Source: Antedon mediterranea (Eukaryota; Animalia; Echinodermata). From it: 64,000 nt of DNA. The notes under the pieces are model-generated. The model worked only from the letters and a program-made list of their open reading frames with translations, made no database searches and was not told the DNA's origin. Of the stretch, positions 1 to 10,645 are shown one piece after another. Position 1 is the first letter of the stretch; every line of letters starts with the position of its first letter. The stretch covers positions 25,623,365 through 25,687,364 of the forward strand of contig NC_092678.1 of the NCBI RefSeq assembly GCF_964355755.1, given 5' to 3'. A program made the translations under genes and the position numbers.

Positions 1-3000
1 ACCCCTTCAGCATTGATGTTCCGTCCAATCAGACAAAAGATATATGGTCTTCTATTCAGCATTCAACAGTATTACAGTGCCAACAACACTGGTATGTATC
101 ATTCTGTTATTGTTAAGGGATCATGCAAACATTATTCTACTGCAGTAACTGCAGTTACTGCATTTTGAAGTAACTTTTGATTTGTTGTTGAAATCTGTTT
201 CAATGTTTTTGAGGCAGTCACTACAATAGTGTGTATGATTATTTATAAAAAAATTGTGTTACTACTGTTTGGTCTGTACAGTCTTGGTACAGTCATCCGT
301 CCCGCTTTTCCCCCCTCCGGCTTCAGTAGGCTATCATACATACGTGGAAGATCATATCCTCCAATGTATTACTGATTTGTTTAATTTTTGTAGAAGAATT
401 TCCGCGAGTTGTCATTAAGGAATGGTGTGTATATCAAGAGAACACAATGCAGCAACCTGATCCAGTTGAAGCGATGCCACTCGACTGGGTGGCGCCCCCT
501 ATCAGTCGTATGTGGCTTGGACGAGAGTCGGAGGATAAATCTTTTCGTTTAAGAGCATTTTTATCGTGTATGTCGAGTGATACACCCTCTATGCTAAAGA
601 CTGCTTTTGTAGCACGTCATGCAATATTACTCTGCTGTGTGCTTAGGTAAGCGCGTTTGGTTTTTATTTATAAACTCTTTCATTTATTTATTTTTATATG
701 GAATAATTCTTTTAAAATATGATACAGTTTGCGTCTTTCTAGGAAACTGTGATCATATTCATCAATGACACTTAAGCGAGATATTTCCCTTGAATACAAA
801 GTATTTTACTAGTCAATAAATATTTAAGAATTTACCTTAACTTTAAGGATAAGTTTTTTTATCTTAGCTAAGTGTGATTGGTGAAAACAGCCAAGTGTTT
901 TAGGGACAGCTCAATGGTCTTGGGTTGATAGTGTTAACTGTATTATTCTCCGTTATTTCAATCTCGTAAACTACATTTTATTTTTCCCTATTGTAGATAC
1001 ATGATGCATTTCAGCCGAGTGTCTCACCAATACTGAACCAGCCCAAGGCACTTCAGGAGATGAAAGTACGCACAATTTACAAATATCATAGTCTTAAGCT
1101 CTGTCTACACTATCAAACTTTATGTGAAAACAAATGTGATGTGCCCATATATGGACATGATGATGTCATATCACCAGGCCTGCATATCACGTATTTGGGC
1201 ACATCACACTTTTTTTGGTCAAACTAATTTGGTAGTGTAGACTGAGGTTTTATACCAACATTTCGTCACATAAAGTAGTTGTCAAGTGGTTGAGTCTGTC
1301 AACAATTGCCATGTCAACAATTGCCATGTCAACAATTGCCATGTCAAACAGTTAGACATATTATTGTGTATTTAAAGTTCTACAAACACAATTAAAGACC
1401 CCTTTTAAAGTAGAACTTATCTGAATGTTTTGTTAGTACAATACATTACTATCAATCAATCAAAATAACATTTCAAAAATATGGCGTTAAATGCTTGAGT
1501 TAGGGACGTCAAAATGAAACAATATATATTAGAAATAAAAATAACTATGTTGTCTTTAGATTTCACATATCACAACACGAGGAATACAACTGGGAGCAAT
1601 CTTCATGCGAGGCATCGAGGCTGCCATGATGGCGAACGATGCCTGCGGGTCACCCATCCCGTGGGAACTATGCTGTCCATGGTTGTATTTTGATGGCAAA
1701 TTGTTCCAGTACAAACTATCAAGAGCTGTTAATAGCAGTCACTTGCGAGACATGTGTGATGGCAAGGTAAAGTAGTACAACACTTCTTTTACCTGTCTTT
1801 TGTGGTAGCGCCTGTATCTACCCAATATATTTTAATTTATTTTGATAAAGTATTTATATGTATTTTTAATATTTATTCAAATTTTATTCTAAATGTTTTT
1901 ATACAATCAGTGCAATAGGAGACCTACTAGAAAGTGATTTAAGTTCGCTTCTTTCCCCCTGTTTCTGCCTGGTTTTGTGTGATTTAAGTTCGCTTCTTGT
2001 CCCCTGTTTCTGGCTGGTTTTGTGTGATGTTTTCTTGTTGTTTGTCCACGTTTTGTTATATTGTATTTTTATGGAGACAAAAATAAATGAAAATGAAATA
2101 CCCTCAGAAATGTGAACACATACAAACATTTATAATCATTGTATTCTCATTGTATTCTCGTTGTATTCTCAAGTAAATTATCAGATTGTGTCTCTTTAAT
2201 GACTATCAGCTTGTTTGATTTTGTAATAGACCAAAATGCACAATAATTGAAACAATAAGTAATAAGTCCACAGCGCAATGAAATAGCGCTATATAAATGT
2301 TCCATTATTTATTTATTTATTTTTTATTAAGGTATAAAAAAAAACATCAAATTTCAACCAGCAGCAAAAGCTGAAAAGGTTTGATTACAATCATAAACTG
2401 AGAAGTAAAATACATCAAAGTAGATCTAAACTAAACATTATACATAAAGGATTCGTGCTAATTGCGGAATAGTAGACCGCCTATATTTTTCAGTACGACA
2501 TTTGCAAGAATCCAACTTTGAACTAGTATTGCTCCTTAACGATCTTGAATGCCTATCAGATTTATATACTGGTAACATATTTCTAAATTTGGTAGATTCT
2601 AAAAGACTCATTACATTGCATACATACAAGTTTCCACATGTAACTAATCTCTACAAATGGTTTGTTTAAAATAAAGTTGTAATACTCTTGCAGATGGATC
2701 AAGTAGGGAAAGTAGAGAGGATGAGGCAAGCCATTATGGAAGGACTTGCATACGACTTTGCAAGATCACGCCCAACGCTACCAACGCACATTGGTATTGA
2801 CCACCTCTACTCGTACCCACCACCGATACCGCCAATGGATTACGGGTTGAACTTCCGACCAGCTGGACAGATGGTGCACCAGGGGCCAGGTGGCAAGGGA
2901 CGAGGAAGAGGTTCTATATACTGTGAGCATTATTACTTTTTATTTTAATTCCTTGATCATGGAAGTATGTTTCCATACGTGTTTGATCCAAAAAATTACT

Positions 3001-4173
3001 GGGTTAATAATGTTCAGTGTTTCACAACAATAGGCGTTTTATAAATCCAGGATATTATTATTATTATTATACTCAATGATAATGCAATTCACTTTGTGGT
3101 AAATGAAGTTATAAAATATTATTTATGTAAATATTTCTTTCAGCACGTCCAATGAATGCCAGAGGAGGCCGTCTAGAGGTTGCCGGGATGGTGGTTGGTG
3201 AATGGGCCGGTAGTGACGGTATGAGAGCCACCAGAAGGTAAGTGTCGTACAATTTTCCTGATAAATTAAAGATTATCTGATCATATTCAATCCTTTATCC
3301 TGAAATTATTTGTACTATTGCATTCATAAACATTTATTATCTGATCAATTTATGTTGAAATTATTTGTACCATCGCACTCATAAACTATCATATTCAATC
3401 TTTTATCAGGCCATTGTTTGTACCATTGCCCTCGTAACCATTCATTATTTGATCATATTCAATCTTTTAAATGTAGTGGTTCCAGTGGTGGCGGGAATAG
3501 TGGTGGTAATTCGTATGGTGGCTCCTATGGCAATTCAAATCACCAGTCTTGGAACATGTCACCAAGTCATGACCCTAATTTTTACTTCTATGGCCAAGGT
3601 GCTCAGTCTATGTATGGCCACCCTTCTTTACAGGATCCTATGGTAAGAATTTCAGGACACCAGAATATTGTGGGTTGATTGGTTTGTGAATAAAACTGTA
3701 TCCTTGTAATCATTTTGAAATGTATGTTATAATTATAGACGCATTTTTAAATTTTATATATTTTGCTTGTATAGGTACATATGCAGATGATATCACAACG
3801 AGGAAGATACGGTGGACGCACATATCCTCAGGGTGATCGCAGACCAAGACACATCAAAGGGAACCAAGGTGGCAAGGGAAAGGGTGTTGGGAGGGGGGTT
3901 ACGATAGAAGAAACGCAGGAAGTTGGAGATGAACGAGAAACTGGGGAGGGCGCTGTAAATAGTGTCGCTAACGATAATTACAAAGACGAACCTGAAGATG
4001 AAAACAAGGTGGAAGAGGACGATGGATCATTTCACACCCCAGCTGGATCTAATGAATACAATGACTATGGCAGTAATGCCAAATATGGAGATGATCACAT
4101 GGGTGGGTATGACCTGCCGGCTGCCACGGCGACGATCAATGGAGGAAATAGCTATGAAATAGCAGAACAGTAA
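1..4173 (+). CDS. FAM120A: FAM120A-like (constitutive coactivator of PPAR-gamma-like protein 1), 5'-partial. Exons <1-91, 394-646, 997-1065 (frameshifted), 1560-1766, 2694-2910, 3144-3237, 3477-3642, 3775-4173
   Basis: Spliced translation contains ALMFRPIRQKIYGLLFS, VIKEW, LLCCVLR, RGIQLGAIFM..ANDACGSPIPWELCCPWLYFDGKLFQ and GGRLEVAGMVVGEWAG, recognisable FAM120 family motifs, followed by an RG-rich/acidic tail. All introns are GT-AG and phases are consistent except for exon 997-1065. Confidence 0.88.
1098..1247. mobile_element. MITE family A (TIR gctctgtctacactatcaaact), near-complete copy
   Basis: Terminal inverted repeat ctctgtctacactatcaaa...tttggtagtgtagactgag with TAA/TTA-like flanks (PIF/Harbinger-like, inference). 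At least 9 related copies occur in the window. Confidence 0.8.
2335..2650 (-). mobile_element. 3' fragment of a non-LTR retrotransposon ORF2 plus tail
   Basis: ORF 2438-2629 ends ...CRTEKYRRSTIPQLARIL, resembling the C-terminal RTxR(F/Y)xxSxIPxxxRL motif of L2/CR1-group LINEs. It lies in an intron. Confidence 0.55.
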
Positions 4174-5734
4174 ACAGTTGAAAAGCATTTATGCCTTGCA
4201 GATAAATGGTGTATAAAGAAGATTTTTGTAATGAAGGCAGCCTACTGAGATGATATCCATATTTGCTGTTTTCAATTTCTCTCAACCAGTTATGCTAATT
4301 GATGTCAAAGTTCAATAGAGTATATCTAGTTCAAAGGGTCATTTGAAAAAAAAATATGTACGGTTTTCCTCAAGTTAATAATGACAATGTCTAATTTGAT
4401 GACTTGTAGCGCCCTCTCGTGCTATTAAAATAGCCTAGAAACATATCATAAACGTTGCATAGAGCTCCCTCTCCAGTCCTTACAGTTGTAAACAGTGTGT
4501 CTCGGGTAAAAATTAAGCAGTTGAGTTAATACTATAAAACTTGATGTGTTTACCCCACCTACCCTAACAACATGCTCAGTTAATAGTCTCTCCCTTCCAG
4601 AATTTAGAGATTAAGACATCAATTCCAGGCTTACACAGCAAAATGCTTAAATTGTCCTACCCCTTTTTCCCAGTTTGCCTTTGAAGTTTAATTAAGATTG
4701 TTAAAAAAATTTATATTGTAGAAAGGTAATCTGTATACTCTTAATTGTCTGTTGCTATGAAAGAAAACTACAAAATTGTTTTGTTGTTAGCGATATATTT
4801 GAAAATACCCAATAGACAATTAGTATTGTATATCATGAATCGATATGACCTTTTTTTTGGTACAATTTTTTCCTTGTAACTTATATTTGATGTTATTTTT
4901 AGAAAGGTCATGCAAGGTATTATGGGTATAGTTTAGGTATTTTCCAAGTGTCTATTTTTCCTCAATTCTTTTTGTGTCCTGTGATTTGAAAAATTAATTT
5001 TCAAAATATTGAGGGAAAATGTAAGTAATTCCAAATAAATAGAAATAATTTATAGTTTCTTGCATTCAAACAGAATTAAGCATGTGTAGAATGTTATTTC
5101 AAATTAAAATTATAGAAGCGCAAACAATTGATCAGAGGGCGCTGTTTGCTACGCTGCTTTGTTGTAAAGTGATTATGTAGTAATGTAGAACGGTATTTTC
5201 ATAGCCTTGCTTTTGTTGTACATAGTGCCTAGACAACGTTAAAAAATAGACAAAGAAATGAAAATGGACAACCACCATTATATTCCTGAAAGACTCAACA
5301 TTTGAAACATGGAGGTATTCGGGTAAATCTAAATACGGATGTATTTCTAATTTTCAACGTACCACCTACCGTCTAAATATAGGAATAATAATCAAATTAA
5401 TTTGTGTCATCTGAATAAAAGTGGGATTTTTGTTGCCCACTAGTGTTACTAGCATGGTGACATGACATCTGCAATGTCATAGAAAAAAATAATTATTGCC
5501 ACATTTTTTGTAGTTATGCCAAGGCTTCATGTATTTTGTATTAAATACAAAGAAAACAAAGACAGGAGTCTGTTTATTAACGTTTAATTTAAAAATAATA
5601 TGTTATTTTTGAGAAAAGATTCTAACTGTTATATTTTCTATTCTGAACAGGCCGTTAATAAATTGTGTTACAAAGCATCAGTTCGTGTGAACAGAGCTTC
5701 AACGCAGATTCCGATCTTTCACTGCATAGATTGA

Positions 5735-5958
5735 TCCATGTGAATAGAGCTTTAGTCCAGAAGTAGAACTGCAATCTAAAGAAGCGATGTGTGAACACAG
5801 TCTTAATCCAAATGTAGATCTTTAGCTAATATGTTGCTGGATATTAATCCATGTGAATAGAGCTTTAGTCCAGAAGTAGAGCTGTAATCTAAAGAAGCGA
5901 TGTGTGAACACAGTCTTAATCCAAATGCAAATCTTTGGCTACCATGTTGCTGGATATT
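5735..5958. repeat. 113-bp tandem duplication covering the LTA4H stop codon and proximal 3'UTR
   Basis: atccatgtgaatagagctttagtccagaagtaga...ttaatccaaatg..atcttt.gcta..atgttgctggatatt occurs twice; stop-codon copies at 5916-5918 and 5803-5805. Confidence 0.9.
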
Positions 5959-8900
5959 GGATGCATAAACTTGCGTTGTTCTTTAAAGTTGTTTACGGCT
6001 TTATCTTTGGATTTGTCAAATGCATACAACGCTCTGAAAAGAAAAAATGAACGAAAAACCAATAATCAACGAGAATAGGACAGGAGACATTCTACAAAGA
6101 AGGAAATAATCTGCGTCAACTAACCTGTATAGAGGGCGCACAAATTTCATTCTTCCTTGTCGGCTAACAAAATCCAAAGCTGGCTCGATTGCAGGCTCGT
6201 GCTTGGAATTAATTTGCAATTTCAACCACCTGTTAAAATATGCAGATTTATTAGTTAGCATTGTTTTTTTGTACTGTTCATTTTACCCCACACTCTTTAG
6301 ATAGAATGATCAACATACAGGAGTCAACCTTACCTGAATTTAATTTCTGAATTCTTGGATGCGCTGAATTGATAATTCTCGTCCATGGCTAGCAAATGAG
6401 ATTCTGGAAGTGTAGCCCGCTGGTGATTAAAATAAATAGTTAATAATTAACCTCAATTTTTAAACATTCTAATTTAGCCAAGTTACTTTTGTCACCAATT
6501 TCTAAGTGAAAGTGAACTAACCTTATGGAGTAGTTGTTCGAGGAACTCTTTCTTCTGCATTGCTGAAAAGTCTGCAATATCGTCACTATTAAAACTCTTT
6601 AAATCGTCTTCAGATGCCTAGAAAAAGACAGTTATTTTGTACGTGATTTTTTGGTGTTATAAAAAAGAATTCTTATTGAATTTGCCTCGGGTCACTCCTG
6701 TTAACTTACTTTACTCCAACGGTCACTCAGATTGGTGCAGGCATCTGCCAAAATAGTGTTGTACCTAACGGAACAACAAACAATGTATTTATTTCTAGAC
6801 TCTTTGTCTTTTATATCTTCCTCTGAATATAATTTGTAGTTTTTTTAAAGAATTCTGATCGTAATTGAAAAACAAATAATGCACACATTTCTTAAGTTTC
6901 TATGTTATATTTATATCTCCCTCTGAATATACTTAGCAGTTTAAAAATTATAATTACTGTATTTCTGATCTTAATTTTTTTTTGCTCTAAAGACTTACTG
7001 GGGTTTAACTGGTGGCATCCCTGGTTTAGTGAACCACGCATCCCAATCAATGCTATCCAAAATATCGGCCGAGACCTGAAATTAAAACACATTGCAATTA
7101 ACGCAATTGTGTAGTTGTTAGCAAAACCATCTATGTTATTAATAAATTTAAAATATAATTTTTACCTTGTTTTTGAAATAGCTGAGAAAGCAGTCTTTCC
7201 ATTCATCTGTTGTAATGCTTTTGAATGCAAACTTTTTAACATAATGTTTCAAGTATCCGTCCATTTCCTCTGCAAAATGAATTTCGAAACATTACAATAT
7301 TTACTTATCGTCAAATGGAAGAAGTTGGGATTGGGTCCTGTGCAACTCACGGCAACCATAGTAGGATTGGGTCCTGTGCAACCATAGTATGGCGTTACCA
7401 TTCTGTATTTCATTTCTTAATTGGACATAAAAATACCATGCACAACAGGGGCCAAGATTATAATTTCTAATAAACAATTCCTTGAAGAAGTCAATTTACC
7501 TGAACCTCCGACGAGCGTTTCAAGGTAAAACAGAAGCGTGTGACCTTTTTCGTAGGGAATACTTGAGAAAGCGTCATCTGGGTCGCTGCCCTCTAGAGGT
7601 GGAATGAGTTGTGTGAATTTGTGGGTCTCACCAAATGTTTTGACCTATAGAGTAGTAATACAATTGTAAATGTGAGCATTTTTTGGAGCGATAACAATGT
7701 CTTTATTTTGTTAGTTTGATAAATAGATACTAACTTACACTGTTAATAAGGTCTTTCCAGCCACCTTAAAAATAGTAAAAAAAAAAAAACGAATATCAAT
7801 CTGAAATTACTGAACAAATGACCATACTGTTTTTTTACACAAATATGTATTTTGATTAATATGTGTAATGTACCTATGGCTTGGAAATGTCTTGTCTTCT
7901 CATCAGTCAACTTAGCAATTATTTTCCGTTCTAAGTAAACTGTGTGTCCCTCATTCAACCAAAAGTGTTCCCAATTGAGGTTTGTTACAAAGTTCCCGGT
8001 CCAGCTATGGGCGATCTCGTGAGCGATCACGTTAGCAAGTGACTTGTCACCAGCTAGGAGTGTCGGAGTGACGAATGTAAGACATGGATTTTCCATTCCC
8101 CCGAATGGGAATGACGGAGGGAGCACCAGAAGGTCATAGTGACCCCAAATGTATTCACCAGCTATGGACTCTGCTGCTGCTATCATCTTTTCTGTCTGAA
8201 ATTTAAACAAACATTTTTCTAGCTTATTCTAATTTACTTTTTATTATATTCGGTATTGGAATCATCAGTTCAAATCATAAACTACTACTATCAATTTGAA
8301 TTCGGAAAAAAAACTTACATCTTCAAATTCCATAGCAGCATCTTCCACAATATCTGCTTCCGACCAGACGGATGAACGTGGACCAATTTGCCTGTAGTTA
8401 AAAAAAAAGACAGTTGCGTTATTTCCTGAAACAATGGCGTGCTGGTATACAATTGTACTATGTAAGTAATTTTAATTGCAGAGGATAAATCGAAATTGTC
8501 ATCATCCCATGATGGAGGGGCTGACTAACCTGCTATCCAGGGCACCAACCACAACAGCAAATAAGTAACTTGGTATTGGGACGTTTTGCTCAAATTTGTA
8601 CACTCTCTGTGTAGCATCAGTAGGTGAAAGTTCATTTCCCATTCTAGTAGCACTCATCAATGCTGTTAGCTCTTGTGGAACTGTCACCTATTACATAAAC
8701 ATTTAGTATGTGATGTGCCCATATATGGACATGATGATGTCATATCACTACCATATTTGGGCATATCACTACCATATAAATAATAATAATAATAAACAGT
8801 ATTTATATAGCGCCTAATGGATCATTTATTACTACCAAATTGATTTAGATGATCATACATACTTACATTTGCCTGATATGTGACTTTGACTGCAGGGGTG

Positions 8901-10144
8901 TCCTGGCACGGCATAATGCTTCTTGCATGTATGGGCTAAAAAGACAAACAAAATAGAAAAACTCTAAAGAACTATCACTATAAATTGTTAATGTTTAGTA
9001 TTGTTTGTAAATGATTCCAGAAATCTGTTACTATCACCTAACACTATGTCAATGACCTACTGCAATGTTTGGCAGCATTGGTCATCAATAATGGTCAGCG
9101 GAAAAAAACTGGTCTGCTTGACCAATTTACACTTTTTAGTTTGTCTTACTTGGCACTGACTGTAAAGGTAAGGGTGTTTCTTTCCAGAGGTCTGCTCCGG
9201 TGCCATCCAAGCCAACGCCGATGCATCAGGAGAGGTCACATACTCAATAGCAATCTGTGCAACACTTCCCCTGTAAATAAACGGTTTCTATTGATGTAAT
9301 AATAGCTGTACTACACTATACATTATGCTTAAATGAACAATAGGTTTGTCTTCCCTACCTGCAGATGCTAGCATGTTTTACATATATATGGCTATCTATT
9401 TGATGTAATGTTGATACATTTTAATGTCATTTTCCATCAGATTTAAATGATCCCAGAACAAAAAAAAACTATACCTTTTCTGTGTGTTCAGAGGCAATTT
9501 TATTTCTAGTGGCTGTCCATATGGCTTGACGGTTTCTTTCAGTTGAAATTGCAATTTCTGGCCAGTCTCGAAGTCTTGTACAGAGTGGATTGTAAGGTTA
9601 GATGTGTCTAAAACCTTAATAAATGATAAAGTGGATTGTAAGGTTAGATGTGTCTAAAACCTTAATAAATGATAAATTATAGTAAATTAAAAATTAAATT
9701 GGAAGAAAACACTGTTTATGTGAACTTTATGATAAATGAAGATATGCTCTCAAATTATTACAGCCACTGTTGTGCATTGGCTACTTAGGTAATCATACAG
9801 TACTTCTAAATCTACAAACTACGTATTTTATTGCTTGTTTTTTTACTTACCAAGTGAGTAACTGAATCTTCAAGTGTTTTTATGTCGAGTACAGCGGTTC
9901 CCTTGATTGTTTTCTCTGCAAAGTCCACGGCCCAAGTTAGCTTTATGTTCGTGGTTATAACTTTATCTGGAGATGATAGCGATGAAGAGTCAACTCGTCC
10001 CATATTTTTATGATAAATCGTTGATATATAAATCTGTATTATGTTGTAGAACAAAGAAGAAATTAGCCCTATGAAGATGAACACAGTTACAGTCGACAAC
10101 CGGCGCGAGATCATAACAAAAGGGGAATTCCTTTTTCTAACCAT
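5916..10144 (-). CDS. LTA4H: Leukotriene A4 hydrolase (M1 zinc aminopeptidase). Exons 10144(or 10003)-9851, 9614-9475, 9270-9150, 8935-8867, 8687-8530, 8391-8319, 8195-7874, 7764-7739, 7644-7500, 7269-7166, 7075-6999, 6764-6710, 6617-6522, 6419-6334, 6229-6125, 6033-5916
   Basis: Motifs GGMEN, HEIAH(x18)E zinc site, [35 protein letters not shown] and C-terminus [16 protein letters not shown]. 16 exons with GT-AG introns and consistent phases. Confidence 0.96.
9585..9676. repeat. Exact 46-bp tandem duplication spanning the LTA4H exon 2 acceptor
   Basis: gtggattgtaaggttagatgtgtctaaaaccttaataaatgataaa at 9585-9630 and 9631-9676. Confidence 0.95.
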
Positions 10145-10149
10145 GTCTC

Positions 10150-10645
10150 ACCAAACTTCCTGGTGACCTCAATTAGCCTATATTGACATTTGGAATAAAC
10201 CATTATTGAAAACGGGGGTGTTGAAATCTTCTTCATTATCTTGCTAGAGCGTATCCGGACAACTACCTTCTAGACAAATTACCATCTGAAAACTACATGG
10301 CGCGCCCTTTACATTAATGTGTATTATCAAGAAATAAAACCTAATAACCTATAAAGTATTTTTAAAATATCACAATTTATGATGATCATTTGTTATTGTC
10401 CCAGTCTATCAACATTCCAAACTTTCCCGGATGGTGGCGCTAGATTTAAAAACACAAACACGTGCGACATACGTCACCGAAGTGGCAGACGACTGCTTTT
10501 TTGATGGATGATTAATTATATTTTGTCTAACTTTCTAATTGCAAATTTTGAATTATTATTGGAATTACGTGAATACACATATGCATATTGTTATTTATGA
10601 AGAGATGGTTACATTAAGTAAAAGGCATACAACATAAAGTAAGTC
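10150..10645. promoter_or_regulatory. LTA4H promoter region, possibly bidirectional with an unidentified + strand first exon ending at donor 10638
   Basis: Local CpG enrichment, a CTCF-like motif ccggatggtggcgct (10427-10441), cacgtg and acgtca motifs, and a consensus donor aaa|GTAAGT at 10638. Confidence 0.4.

Noticed and set aside
1034-1036. Selenocysteine or readthrough at the FAM120A TGA
   Set aside because: Homology continues in a different frame, so recoding the stop would not rescue the protein.
5803-5918. Stop-codon readthrough into the duplicated LTA4H C-terminus
   Set aside because: The 113-nt period is out of frame and the stop is TAA.
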